Shown: positions 50,005 to 60,063, counted from the first letter of the stretch. The stretch is 64,000 bases of DNA from an uncultured Flavobacteriales bacterium (GCA_964595205.1 CAZQOQ010000004.1:15277-79276); one strand, 5' to 3'. Numbers and translations: made by a program. Notes: generated by a model from the sequence alone, not told the origin.

Positions 50005-51734
50005 TGAAGACTGAAAGCTCGCCCGCATTGGAAAACGTTGAGAAAGCACGACGTTCATTTCTTCCTGAGAATTTTGTTGTTTCAGACTGGAGCTCGATAG
50101 AGCCATATTATTTGTCTCTGACCGACCGGCAGATCCTCACACTGGCCGATTTAAACAGGTGGCTGTCTGATCTCAGCGAAATCGAAGCGGCCGTTGAGGA
50201 ACACGCAGGATGGCTTTACATCCGAATGACCTGCAACACATCCGATAAATCTCTCAGCGAAGCATATGCTTTTTTTGTCGAGCAGGTCAATCCCCGGATT
50301 GAACCCTTTGCGGACAAGCTTAACAAAAAGCTTGTGTCGCTGCCGCTTGTCAGGGAACTGGATAAGCGATTCGGCATTTACATCCGGCAGGTTGAAAATG
50401 AAATTCGTTTGTTCAGGGAAGAAAATATTCCTCTCGAGGCAGAACTGACCGTAAAGGAACAGCAATACGGAGAGATCGCCGGTGCAATGACGGTGGAGGT
50501 GAACGGGAAGACGCTTACGCTTCAACAGGCTGCCAATCATCTGAAAGATCCGGATCGCTCATTGAGGGAAACCGTGTATCATAAAATTTTCAATCGCCGT
50601 CACGAGGACAGGGATAAACTCGATGCATTGTTTTTGGAACTCATACGCCTGCGCGTAAAAATCGCAGCCAATGCCGGATTTTCGAATTACCGTGATTACA
50701 AGTTTGCCGACCTCAACAGGTTCGATTATACTCCCGGCGATTGCTACAACTTTCACCAGTCGATCAGGAAGAGCGTGGTGCCTGTGCTGAACCAGTTGAC
50801 TGCCGAACGAAAGAAGGAGATGAAGCTTGAATCTCTTAAGCCCTGGGATCTTGACGTGGATCCATCCGGCTTACCCGACCTCAAGCCTTTTAAAAAGGGA
50901 GATGAGCTTATGGAAAAATCCATTGCCTGCTTCGAAGAGATTCATCCATATTTCGGAAGAGTCCTTAAGACATTAAAAGAAAAAAATTATACCGACCTGG
51001 ATTCAAGGATCGGCAAAGCTCCAGGCGGATATAATTACCCGCTCTATGAAAGCGGAGTGCCTTTCATATTCATGAATGCAAGCGGCTCTCTTCGCGACGT
51101 GGTAACGATGGTGCACGAAGGAGGTCATGCCATTCATTCGATGCTCACGAGTGATCTCGATTTTATCGGCTTCAAGGAACTGCCTTCTGAAGTTGCAGAA
51201 CTCGCATCCATGAGCATGGAATTAATTTCCATGGAACACTGGCATCACTTCTTTACCGATAAAGAAGAACTTCGTCGCGCCAAACGCGAGCAACTCGAAG
51301 GAGTGATTGAAACGCTGCCATGGATTGCCTGCATCGATGCTTTTCAGCACTGGCTTTACCTCAACCCGGATCATACCGTCGAAGAACGCACAGCCTCATG
51401 GAAGGAAATTTTTCTTGGTTTCAGTTCTTCTCTCGTCGACTGGAAAGACGATACTAAGGCTCTCGAAATAATCTGGCAAAAGCAACTGCATCTTTTCGAA
51501 GTTCCTTTTTACTATATCGAATACGGAATGGCGCAACTCGGTGCTATTGCTGTCTGGAGAAATTATAAAACAGACAGGGAAAAGGCGATCAGGCAATACA
51601 TGGATGCCTTGAAACTGGGTTACACAGTTTCCATTCCGGAAATCTACCAGGCCGCAGGCATCCGGTTTGATTTTTCAGAAAATTACATACAGGAACTCAT
51701 CTCATTCGTCAGATCAGAACTGGATAAAGTGTAA
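50004..51734 (+). CDS. M3-family oligoendopeptidase (PepF-like).
   Basis: The zinc-binding site is HEGGHAIHSM, with a downstream E. The length is 576 aa. Confidence 0.8.
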   Translation: MKTESSPALENVEKARRSFLPENFVVSDWSSIEPYYLSLTDRQILTLADLNRWLSDLSEIEAAVEEHAGWLYIRMTCNTSDKSLSEAYAFFVEQVNPRIEPFADKLNKKLVSLPLVRELDKRFGIYIRQVENEIRLFREENIPLEAELTVKEQQYGEIAGAMTVEVNGKTLTLQQAANHLKDPDRSLRETVYHKIFNRRHEDRDKLDALFLELIRLRVKIAANAGFSNYRDYKFADLNRFDYTPGDCYNFHQSIRKSVVPVLNQLTAERKKEMKLESLKPWDLDVDPSGLPDLKPFKKGDELMEKSIACFEEIHPYFGRVLKTLKEKNYTDLDSRIGKAPGGYNYPLYESGVPFIFMNASGSLRDVVTMVHEGGHAIHSMLTSDLDFIGFKELPSEVAELASMSMELISMEHWHHFFTDKEELRRAKREQLEGVIETLPWIACIDAFQHWLYLNPDHTVEERTASWKEIFLGFSSSLVDWKDDTKALEIIWQKQLHLFEVPFYYIEYGMAQLGAIAVWRNYKTDREKAIRQYMDALKLGYTVSIPEIYQAAGIRFDFSENYIQELISFVRSELDKV

Positions 51735-51800
51735 GTTTTTACCTCATTTTTTCGGCTCTGAGGCTGAAATCATTCGTTTAAATATTCCAATACGAAGGCT

Positions 51801-51850
51801 ACGTCAGAATAATTAGCTAATCAGCTAATTAACTAATCAACCAATCATAT
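51801..51850. repeat. Heptamer tandem repeat (TAATCAG/CTAATTA/ACTAATCA/ACCAATCA), single arm. It is related to the repeats at 19926-20026 and the four-helix-bundle cassette flanks.
   Basis: Read directly: aataattagctaatcagctaattaactaatcaaccaatcat. Confidence 0.45.
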
Positions 51851-51951
51851 ACAATTTGTAATGTCCGGCTGATTATTACTCTCAGCGGAATGCCTGCTTG
51901 CACAACCTCTTGCCGGGTAATTCATATAAGGATTAGCATAGGTGTTTCCGA

Positions 51952-54900
51952 TTGAAAACGAGCGCAAATAAGGGTCCTCATTCCGAGGAAGGACGTAAGA
52001 TTCTGCATCGTCTGCTGATTTTGGCAGTCGTGGTGGTCTATGCGCTTATTTTCATACTCGATTATCTCCTTCAGCTTCATTTTACTTTCTTTCTACTGCT
52101 CAGCCTCTTTGGTTTTGTACTGCTGATGTTGTTTTACATGTTGTTCCGAGTGAGAGGCATTAACGAAAAGGCATCGATTCCAACAACTGAAATTGCAGAA
52201 CAGGAAACAGTCGTGCCTGTAAAACCGGCCATCATTGATGAAACGATATTCGGAGACGCCGTTTTCGTTGTAAACCCTCTGACGGGTTTGAGCATCGATT
52301 GTAATGATGCAGCGATCAGCATATTTTCAGCTACCAGGCGGGAACAGCTGATCGGAATTGACCTTACCGAATTATTCGATCCTGCCTGGGGTGAAGAAGA
52401 ACGGAAACAGATCAGGGAGGCTCTCGTGAAACCGGGCAAGGCTAATGTTCATGGATATTTTCGTGCACTGAATGGCAGGACATTCGAAGGAATTCTGCAG
52501 GCGGTAAAGGTTCAGGATAATGTCACTTCACAGATCAATGTGAGAATATCACCGCTTGATGCAGAGCAGAGCATTTCGCAGAAATCAATCACTAAAAATG
52601 AAGAGGAATGGTTCAATGATACGGGTTTTGCAATTGCATTTGTCGGACTCAATTACCGTTTTGTAAAGGTCAACACCGCATTTTGTAATCTCACCGGCTA
52701 TACAGCAAATGAACTCAGGCTTTTGACAGTCGCAGACATACTTCATCCTGATGACCGTTCAACTGAGAAAATCATTCTGTCAGGATTATTTCGCGGGGAG
52801 TTAAGCCAGAACAGGCGCGACAAGCGGCTGATCCGGCGTAATAACGAGGTAATCTGGGTGAGAGCATCATCAACACTTTCCCGGGATAAGGATGATCATC
52901 CGCGGTTTGTGATTACAATGATGGAGAATGTCACTCAGCAAAAACGTCTCGAGAAAATTTTCAGCGATAATACGAATAAGCTCCATTCACTCGTGGAGAA
53001 TGCTGAATACTCGGTGGTAACAGTCGACCGGAGACACACCATACTGCTCATCAATTCGAAACTCAGTGAGATTCTTTTCACACATACAGGCATCGTTGTC
53101 GAAACCGGATTTAACCTGCTGGATATTTTACCGGCAGCATTTCACAGGGATTACCTCGACATTCATGGAAGGGCATTCAAGGGTGAACAATTCGTTCTTG
53201 AAAAAACGTTATCGATAAACGGCCGTCGTACAGATATCGAAATTGTGGTTACACCTGTGAAAGAAGAAAACGGATACATCAGGAGCATTTCTATTTTCGG
53301 TCACGATATTACTTCAAGGAAGAAGAATGAGGTGGAATTGTTAAAGGCAAAAGAAGAGGCGGAGGCGGCGACGCAGGCGAAGACAGGGTTTCTCGCAACG
53401 ATGAGTCACGAGATCCGTACGCCGCTCAATGGAGTGATCGGAATGGGAAAGCTGCTTAGCCAGACACCGCTTACTCCGAAGCAGCAGGAGTTTGTGGATT
53501 CTATTTTGCTGAGCGGCGATGCATTGTTGTCGGTGATCAACGACATACTCGACTTTTCCAAAATCGAATCTTCGAAAATGGAACTCGAGCACAAACCGTT
53601 CTCGCTGAAGCGTTGTATCGAGGAGACATTTGATCTTTTATCGGCAAAGGCGATAGAGAAGAACCTCTCTTTGCAATATACGATTGCGAGTGAGTTGCCG
53701 ATGTATGTTTATGGCGACATCACACGACTGAGGCAGATCCTGATGAACCTCGTTTCGAATGCGATCAAATTCACGTTGAAAGGTAAGATCACGATCGGTG
53801 TGAGTCTCGTAAGAAATATGGGAAGCAAGGTAGAGGTGAGGTTCGATGTCCAGGATACCGGCATAGGTATTCCACCGGATAAGATCGGAAGACTGTTCAG
53901 GAGTTTTTCGCAGGCGGATGCCAGCACAGCGAAGACGTTTGGCGGTACCGGACTCGGGCTGGCGATTTGCAGGAATCTCGTCGGACTAATGGGAGGAAAG
54001 ATATGGGTAGAGAGCAAAGAAGGTGAGGGATCTGATTTTATTTTTACGATCATCACGGAAGCTGTTCCCAAGAATGAGATTCCAAAGAACCATCGAAAAG
54101 GAACCAACCTGCTTGCGAATTCATACGTGCTGATCGTAAGTGATGACAAGACAGAGTCATCGCTCTTTGCCGATTATTTCAGGCGATGGGGAATGATCCC
54201 GCAGATTGCAAACGACGTGAAGCAGGCGCTGGAACTTGTTAAACAACGGAAGGATTTTAACCTGGTGCTGATCGATGCACAGATAATTACGGACAAGCCA
54301 TTGCATCTCGCAGAAGAGATAAGGGCCATTCGGTCCAAAGAAAATTTGCCGATCGTATTATTCAATGCGGTAAAGACGGATGATATTTTCTTCGATTATA
54401 CCAGCGATGTTGTCTCAGCCGTGATCCCGAAAAACGTGGATCGCTCAAAAGTACTAGACATATTGATCGGCGTATTTTCAGTAGAGGATCATCAGCGTAC
54501 GAGAGACGATATGTCGATGCGTGATCAGTCGGAACGACTGGCGCGCCAAATCCCATTGCACATTTTGATTGCAGAAGACAACCAGATTAACCAGAAGCTT
54601 GCACAGAATATATTCGAAGGACTCGGCTACAGGCCAACGATGGTATCGAACGGTCTGCAGGTTATTGATCAGCTTAAGAAGGCCGAATTTGATCTTATAT
54701 TTATGGATGTCCAGATGCCGGAGATGGACGGATTCGAGGCGACGCGTTTTATCATTCATAAACTCAAGCCGGCGAAGAAGCCGATTATCGTGGCAATGAC
54801 AGCATTTGCACTCGAGGGCGATAAGGAAAAGTGTATTGAAGCGGGAATGAACGATTACATCAGCAAACCGTTTATGATCGAAGAGATCGTGGATATTATC

Positions 54901-55314
54901 CGGAAGTGGTTTGGAAAGGAATCGGAACAAAAGCCAGTTGTTGAAATGAAAATTACCGAAGCGAAAAGTATTTTGAACCGGTCCACAATCGATAGATTGA
55001 AGGAAATGACCCGGGGAACCGACACGTCGTTTTTCAGGAAGGTATTACAGATGTTTGTGGACCAGGGAGACGATCTGATTGTTGAAATTTCCGATGCTTT
55101 GGCGGCAGGAGATATTCTCAAAGTAGGATCGCTTGCGCACAAGCTAAAGGGATCTTCACTCAATCTGGGGGCTGATGCGCTTGCAGAAACATGCAAAATA
55201 ATCGAACTGAAGGCAAGGTCAAACGACGGCAGCGGCATGGAAGATCTCATTCACAAACTCACGGGTGAATTTGGCGATACGAAAGAAGCGCTTTTGAAGA
55301 TGATCAATGAGTAA
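51952..55314 (+). CDS. Hybrid sensor histidine kinase / response regulator. It has N-terminal transmembrane helices, PAS domains, HisKA, HATPase_c, a degenerate receiver, a canonical receiver and a C-terminal HPt domain.
   Basis: The H-box is ATMSHEIRTPLNGVIGM and the G-box GGTGLGLAICRNLV. The receiver is ILIAEDNQINQKL...DLIFMDVQMPEMDG, and the HPt is AHKLKGSSLNLGADAL. Confidence 0.85.
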   Translation: MKTSANKGPHSEEGRKILHRLLILAVVVVYALIFILDYLLQLHFTFFLLLSLFGFVLLMLFYMLFRVRGINEKASIPTTEIAEQETVVPVKPAIIDETIFGDAVFVVNPLTGLSIDCNDAAISIFSATRREQLIGIDLTELFDPAWGEEERKQIREALVKPGKANVHGYFRALNGRTFEGILQAVKVQDNVTSQINVRISPLDAEQSISQKSITKNEEEWFNDTGFAIAFVGLNYRFVKVNTAFCNLTGYTANELRLLTVADILHPDDRSTEKIILSGLFRGELSQNRRDKRLIRRNNEVIWVRASSTLSRDKDDHPRFVITMMENVTQQKRLEKIFSDNTNKLHSLVENAEYSVVTVDRRHTILLINSKLSEILFTHTGIVVETGFNLLDILPAAFHRDYLDIHGRAFKGEQFVLEKTLSINGRRTDIEIVVTPVKEENGYIRSISIFGHDITSRKKNEVELLKAKEEAEAATQAKTGFLATMSHEIRTPLNGVIGMGKLLSQTPLTPKQQEFVDSILLSGDALLSVINDILDFSKIESSKMELEHKPFSLKRCIEETFDLLSAKAIEKNLSLQYTIASELPMYVYGDITRLRQILMNLVSNAIKFTLKGKITIGVSLVRNMGSKVEVRFDVQDTGIGIPPDKIGRLFRSFSQADASTAKTFGGTGLGLAICRNLVGLMGGKIWVESKEGEGSDFIFTIITEAVPKNEIPKNHRKGTNLLANSYVLIVSDDKTESSLFADYFRRWGMIPQIANDVKQALELVKQRKDFNLVLIDAQIITDKPLHLAEEIRAIRSKENLPIVLFNAVKTDDIFFDYTSDVVSAVIPKNVDRSKVLDILIGVFSVEDHQRTRDDMSMRDQSERLARQIPLHILIAEDNQINQKLAQNIFEGLGYRPTMVSNGLQVIDQLKKAEFDLIFMDVQMPEMDGFEATRFIIHKLKPAKKPIIVAMTAFALEGDKEKCIEAGMNDYISKPFMIEEIVDIIRKWFGKESEQKPVVEMKITEAKSILNRSTIDRLKEMTRGTDTSFFRKVLQMFVDQGDDLIVEISDALAAGDILKVGSLAHKLKGSSLNLGADALAETCKIIELKARSNDGSGMEDLIHKLTGEFGDTKEALLKMINE

Positions 55315-55350
55315 CTTATTCTTTGGATTTTTATCGATTGATAAAAAGAA

Positions 55351-56370
55351 TCAGCCGACGATATTCACTTCCATTTCCAACTCTATTCCAAACTTTTCTT
55401 TCACACTTAGCTGCACACGTTTGGCGTGAGCGATAAGTTCTTCGCCGGTAGCCTTTCCATAGTTTACAAGCACGAGTGATTGCTTCTCGTGCATGCCGGT
55501 ATTTCCGATGCGTTTTCCTTTCCAGCCACAGGCTTCGATCAGCCAGCCGGCAGCCACTTTGGTTTTGTTTTTCAATCCGGGATAGCCAACGATTGCCGGG
55601 TATTTATTTTTTAATTCCGTGAATTGTTCTGAAGGTATTTCCGGATTCTTGAAAAAACTCCCTGCATTTCCGATCACATTCGGATCCGGAAGTTTGCTTT
55701 GTCTTATATGGATCACCGCATTGCTGACATCGCGAATGGTGGGCTGGAGGATGTTATTTTTCTTCAGCTCCTCTTCGATGGCGCCATACGATGTATTCGG
55801 TTTTTCAATTTTATTGAAGCGGAAAGTAACGCTGACGATTGCATACTTGTTCTTTGCCTCATGTTTGAAGATGCTGTCACGATAACCAAAGCGGCATTCT
55901 TCAGCTTTAAAAATCCGATTGCTTCCGTCTGCGAGACTAATTGCTTCGAGTTCAGAAAAAGTCTTTTTGATTTCCACACCATAAGCACCGATGTTTTGTA
56001 TGGGTGCTGCTCCTACGCAGCCCGGTATTAAAGAAAGATTCTCGATACCAGGATAATTGTTTTCGATTGCATATAAAACGAACGAATGCCAGTTGAGTCC
56101 GCCACCGGCCTTGATGAAGGCTTCATTCTCATTCTCTGAAATTTTCTCGATGAATCGGATGCGGTTCAGGACGATGAGGCCGTTGAAATCACCCGTGAAA
56201 AGTACGTTGCTGCCACCTCCCATAATCATCCTGGGCATGGATACGAACCTCGGATCCCTCAGAATTTCCTGCAAATCCCCAATATCGCTAACCTCCGTAA
56301 ACCAGCGGGTTTTGATGTCCAATCCAAAGGTATTCAGGGCTTTCAGCGGGTAATTTTCGAACACTTTCAT
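55351..56370 (-). CDS. murB: UDP-N-acetylenolpyruvoylglucosamine reductase.
   Basis: The N-terminus is MKVFENYPLKALNTFGL and there is an FAD-binding PCMH fold. The start was chosen at the internal Met, since the longer ORF adds 12 atypical residues. Confidence 0.8.
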   Translation of the reverse strand: MKVFENYPLKALNTFGLDIKTRWFTEVSDIGDLQEILRDPRFVSMPRMIMGGGSNVLFTGDFNGLIVLNRIRFIEKISENENEAFIKAGGGLNWHSFVLYAIENNYPGIENLSLIPGCVGAAPIQNIGAYGVEIKKTFSELEAISLADGSNRIFKAEECRFGYRDSIFKHEAKNKYAIVSVTFRFNKIEKPNTSYGAIEEELKKNNILQPTIRDVSNAVIHIRQSKLPDPNVIGNAGSFFKNPEIPSEQFTELKNKYPAIVGYPGLKNKTKVAAGWLIEACGWKGKRIGNTGMHEKQSLVLVNYGKATGEELIAHAKRVQLSVKEKFGIELEMEVNIVG

Positions 56371-56621
56371 CGTGGTTGCGAAAATAACTTTCGAGACATT
56401 AAACATATAGCGGTACAGATTATTTTTTTACATTTTTTACTCACAAAGTAAAACCCGCAATTCACCAAGAGGACCAACAGAAAGGCTGAAATGAATTGTA
56501 AACGCTGCGTTGCAGGGATATATTTATGTATCTCATGGATAGTTTTTGGTTAAACAACATGGAGGTGTTTATTCGAGTTGAGCAGCGGCAGGGAGAGCCG
56601 CTGTTCGCTTTCATGGAACTA

Positions 56622-56830
56622 CCGATCGTCAATCGTCAATCGTCAATCGTTGATCGTCAATAATGATCGTTAATCGCTAATCTTTGATTTTTGATTTTAA
56701 TCAACGATCAACGATCAACGATTGACGACGTTCGATTTATTTGAGATTGGGGATTTTTGATTTTGGATTTTAATCAACGATCAACGATTGACGATGTTCG
56801 ATCTATTTGCGATTTAGGATTTTAATCACG
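56622..56830. repeat. Compound heptamer repeat block. It comprises a palindrome (CAATCGT)n ... (ACGATCA)n, followed by a tandem second copy that forms the left inverted repeat of the four-helix-bundle cassette.
   Basis: Read directly: gatcgtcaatcgtcaatcgtcaatcgttgatcgtcaa ... tcaacgatcaacgatcaacgattgacgacgttcgat, then gattttggattttaatcaacgatcaacgattgacgatgttcgatctatttgcgatttaggattttaatcacgg. Confidence 0.7.
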
Positions 56831-57212
56831 GGTTATATTTATGACCTAAATTCAAATCTTGATTTTTCCTTGCAGTCTCAATGCTTTTAACAAAAATTGA
56901 TATTAGTTCATCGCTTTCATTTATAATAAATTGTGCATTCTTATGGCGATCAACAGCGACTGATCGGTTGATAATTCTTAGATTGATATTGCACTCTCTC
57001 AGTTCTTTTAATACGATCTGTAGTTTATGGATGAAGTCCTTTCGTGATTCACCGCTTTGAGCTTCACCATAATTTAAAGACGCGGAAGTAGCAGAACGTA
57101 TTAATTGTCCGGATAAGTGATTTGAGACTTTTGTTTCCGGAAGAGATTGAATTAATTCAAGTGTGATTACAGTAAAGTCAATTAGCCGTTCTTCGAGTTC
57201 TTTTTTTGTCAT
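56826..57212 (-). CDS. Four-helix-bundle protein (TIGR02436 / 23S rRNA intervening-sequence protein family; Avd-like fold).
   Basis: The sequence MTKKELEERLIDFTVITLELIQSLPETKVSNHLSGQLIRSATSASLNYGEAQSGESRKDFIHKLQIVLKELRE matches the family pattern (IAEG/NYGEA...S..DF...L.I...EL.E). It is 129 aa. The start was chosen at the internal Met, because the upstream ORF extension runs into the repeat. Confidence 0.75.
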   Translation of the reverse strand: MTKKELEERLIDFTVITLELIQSLPETKVSNHLSGQLIRSATSASLNYGEAQSGESRKDFIHKLQIVLKELRECNINLRIINRSVAVDRHKNAQFIINESDELISIFVKSIETARKNQDLNLGHKYNP

Positions 57213-57298
57213 TTTTTTGATAATTTTAAGCAAAGTTGAGATTATAATCACGTTTGACCAACCGCATAAAATAAGCAAAGTTGAATCCCTGATAAAAG

Positions 57299-57384
57299 TC
57301 AAAAATCCCAAATCCCAAATAATTCGAACACCATAAATCGAACATCGTTGATCGTTGATTAAAATCGATAATCGAAAATCAACC
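57299..57384. repeat. Right inverted repeat of the four-helix-bundle cassette, the reverse complement of 56765-56830.
   Basis: The reverse complement of aaaatcccaaatcccaaataattcgaacaccataaatcgaacatcgttgatcgttgattaaaatcg aligns at about 85% with ggattttaatcaacgatcaacgattgacgatgttcgatctatttgcgatttaggatttt. Confidence 0.65.
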
Positions 57385-57440
57385 ATCCTCCATCTGCAAT
57401 ATTGTAATACCTTTTTTATCTTCACGGAATAATTTCAGAT

Positions 57441-58013
57441 ATGAAAAACGCAGACAAGATAAAAGCCGAGCTTCTGGATGCAAAGGAAGCGCTTGAAAAG
57501 TTTATTAACGATAAGAACATCAAATTGATTTCCAAAGCAGCGGAGCTGATGATAGATGCGGTGAAAAGAGGAAGCAAGATTATTTCCTGTGGTAATGGCG
57601 GAAGTATGTGCGATGCCATGCATTTTGCAGAGGAAATGACCGGGCGCTTTCGGGGTGACAGGAAAGCATTGCCTGCAGTTTCGATCAGCGATCCTTCCCA
57701 TCTATCTTGTGTTGCCAACGATTATGGTTTTGACTTTGTGTTTTCGAGATTCGTAGAAGCTCATGGCAGGAAGGGTGATGTTTTGCTGGCAATAAGCACG
57801 AGTGGTAATTCGAAAAATATTTTACTTGCTATAGATAGTGCGAAGAAGAAGGGAATGAAGATCGTTGGTCTCACAGGCAAGGATGGAGGAAAGATGGCCT
57901 CTTCCTGCGATGTGGAAATCCGCGCATCCGAATCGAAGTTTGCAGACCGGGCGCAGGAGATACACATTAAGGTTATTCATTCGTTGATTCTGTGTATTGA
58001 ACAGTCTGTTTAA
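57441..58013 (+). CDS. gmhA: D-sedoheptulose 7-phosphate isomerase (SIS domain).
   Basis: The sequence is [20 protein letters not shown] ... [14 protein letters not shown], and the length is 190 aa. Confidence 0.75.
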   Translation: MKNADKIKAELLDAKEALEKFINDKNIKLISKAAELMIDAVKRGSKIISCGNGGSMCDAMHFAEEMTGRFRGDRKALPAVSISDPSHLSCVANDYGFDFVFSRFVEAHGRKGDVLLAISTSGNSKNILLAIDSAKKKGMKIVGLTGKDGGKMASSCDVEIRASESKFADRAQEIHIKVIHSLILCIEQSV

Positions 58014-58065
58014 ATTGCGTTTAGTCACCTGATTGTATTTAGCCAATTTTTTATGTTTACGAATT

Positions 58066-58150
58066 GAAATAGTTGGGAATGAGTTTAATGTTCGACCCCT
58101 CCGGGTCGGGTTACGTGGGTATTAAATTTCAATTGAGATAAAAACGATGA
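58066..58150 (+). repeat. Copy A of a ~65-85-bp hairpin-containing intergenic element (core cgacccctccgggtcgggttacgtgggt), 240 bp upstream of the SBBP/T9SS gene.
   Basis: It aligns with 60064-60122 at about 70% identity and with the partial copy at 60131-60200. Both ends are shared: aatgtt...ccctccgggt and gataaa(aa)cgatg. Confidence 0.55.
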
Positions 58151-58334
58151 ATTAGTGTTTACGCAAAGAAATCACCGAGGTAGAGGATAAAACAGCGCAA
58201 AGAACAATACCTTACATATATCAAATATTAATTCACCCCCACGATATTTGTTTTTGTGAGAAAAAAAATTTAGAACCAATGATAGAAATATTTATATTTA
58301 TATTCAGGTTTCGAATCCTGAATTGAGTTGAACT

Positions 58335-59969
58335 ATGAAAAATTTATTATTTACCATTATTCTTATCTTTTCATTAAATCTGGCATATGCACAAGGCAAT
58401 CAATGGTTATGGGCAAGTAATACTATAAGCTATCACCATGGTGGCGCTGTTGATTTAGGTACCGACGACAATGGTAATATATTCCAGGTAGGATATTTTT
58501 CAGATTCAATATGCATTTTTGGGAACGATACCGTTTTTGGAGATCTATTCCCAGCCTATAATACTTATATTGTTAAGTATACTCCTTCCGGAAGTGTAAT
58601 ATGGGCAAAATCGTTTGCGGGTGGTGTTATATACCCATACTCAATTGCTGTAAGACCGGATGGCAATATTTATATTGCGGGTTCATTCGACGCCGATACT
58701 TTAATGCTTGACAGCATTATATTGCCTTCAACACAAACATGGTTAAACGATATTTTTGTTGCTTCATTTGACTCATCAGGAAATATACAATGGGCAAATA
58801 GATTCGGAAGCAATGGTTCTGATATTGTAACTGATATTGATTTTGACAGCCAGGGAAGTTTATATATTACAGGTAATTTTAGTGGGAGTCAGCTTTCTGT
58901 TGGTAGTTTAACTTTCAATAATGCCGGTTCTTATAGTTTTTTTATTGTAAAGTTTGACTCAACCGGAAATTTATTTTGGGCTCAAATACCTCATGGCTTC
59001 GGCGATAGTTTTGGTGAAGCGCTTTCCATTGATGAAGGTGATAATGCATATATCTGTGTTAAATATACAGGCACAGTAATTTTTCAAAATGATACATTAT
59101 TTGGAGCTGATTTTATCTGTATCTTAAAATTAAATAACATCGGAAATCTTAAATGGTATAAACAGTATTATGGGAGTTTTCAATATAGCAAACTCTCTGT
59201 AAGGCATGGTGAAATTTTTATCGGAGGGGTATTCACCAGTCAGGACATTGACATAGGAGGTGTCGTTATTCATGATCCGTTTTCATCATCATTAAATACC
59301 TATGAATTATTTATTGCAAAAATTGATACTTCTGGAAATACATTATGGGCTAAAGCAGGTGGATCTGAAGAATCTGATGAAATAACAGATATTGATATTG
59401 ATCGAAATGGAAATATGTTCATTTCCGGAAGTTTTAATTCTGGTTGGTTTCGAATCGATACATTAATTTTGACCAATCCCTCTCCATATCCCGGAAATTT
59501 TATTATTGGATTTGATAATACAGGCGCTGCAATTTATGGTGAAAATTTTCCAGGGGATGTTCAGGATCATTTTAATTCACTTGCTATTGATCCTTTTAAT
59601 AATATAATTGTAACAGGAGATTTCTTTGAGGGGTTAACATTTGGTAATATTTCTTTGTTTGATGGTACACCGGGATGGGATTCTTTTATAGCCAAAAGCT
59701 CTGGGACAATTGTAAAAATTCCGGAAATTGTCATGAATGATCAGGATTTTATTTTAAAAAATCCATCTGATGGAAATGTAATGATAAATATTCCAAAAAA
59801 GGTCTTACGAATTAAGCTGTATAATTCTTCAGGACAATTAGTAAAAGAATTTGCAGTTAAGGAATTGAACATGTTTAATTTTTACCTGGAAAACCCAGGA
59901 ATTTATTTTATGGAATTAATAGGCGAAACAAAACGAATTAGTAAGAAAATTGTCGTTATCAAAAATTAA
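58335..59969 (+). CDS. Secreted beta-propeller (SBBP-like repeat) protein with a T9SS C-terminal sorting domain.
   Basis: The signal peptide is MKNLLFTIILIFSLNLAYAQ. Repeated motifs include NGNIYIAGSF, SGNIQWA and GSLYITGNF. The CTD is ...IKLYNSSGQLVKEFAVKELNMFNFYLENPGIYFMELIGE. Confidence 0.75.
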   Translation: MKNLLFTIILIFSLNLAYAQGNQWLWASNTISYHHGGAVDLGTDDNGNIFQVGYFSDSICIFGNDTVFGDLFPAYNTYIVKYTPSGSVIWAKSFAGGVIYPYSIAVRPDGNIYIAGSFDADTLMLDSIILPSTQTWLNDIFVASFDSSGNIQWANRFGSNGSDIVTDIDFDSQGSLYITGNFSGSQLSVGSLTFNNAGSYSFFIVKFDSTGNLFWAQIPHGFGDSFGEALSIDEGDNAYICVKYTGTVIFQNDTLFGADFICILKLNNIGNLKWYKQYYGSFQYSKLSVRHGEIFIGGVFTSQDIDIGGVVIHDPFSSSLNTYELFIAKIDTSGNTLWAKAGGSEESDEITDIDIDRNGNMFISGSFNSGWFRIDTLILTNPSPYPGNFIIGFDNTGAAIYGENFPGDVQDHFNSLAIDPFNNIIVTGDFFEGLTFGNISLFDGTPGWDSFIAKSSGTIVKIPEIVMNDQDFILKNPSDGNVMINIPKKVLRIKLYNSSGQLVKEFAVKELNMFNFYLENPGIYFMELIGETKRISKKIVVIKN

Positions 59970-60063
59970 TTATAGACACCTGAACGAAATTTTTAGGGAA
60001 TTAATCAGGAAACAATCTTTTGATTATCGGATTCTTAGAAATATTGCCTTTTACATATAGAAT

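Larger units (their letters stand above)
56765..57384. mobile_element. Candidate miniature cassette: the four-helix-bundle gene bounded by ~65-85-bp imperfect inverted repeats. It is inserted between murB and gmhA.
   Basis: Terminal inverted repeats at 56765-56830 and 57299-57384 bracket a single small gene. I did not see a transposase or a clear target-site duplication. Confidence 0.35.

Noticed and set aside
54478-54930. A 150-aa minus-strand ORF inside the hybrid histidine kinase gene.
   Set aside because: It is antisense to a strongly supported receiver-domain coding region.
56541-56666. A small plus-strand ORF of about 41 aa running into the heptamer repeat (MDSFWLNNMEVFIRVEQRQGEPLFAFMELPIVNRQSSIVDRQ).
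   Set aside because: I saw no start context, and its C-terminal half is simply the translation of the tandem repeat, so it is likely spurious.
58303-58322. A tRNA T-arm-like hairpin, caggtttcgaatcctg, just upstream of the ATG at 58335.
   Set aside because: There is only a single short hairpin in AT-rich DNA, with no acceptor, D or anticodon arms, so it is not a tRNA.
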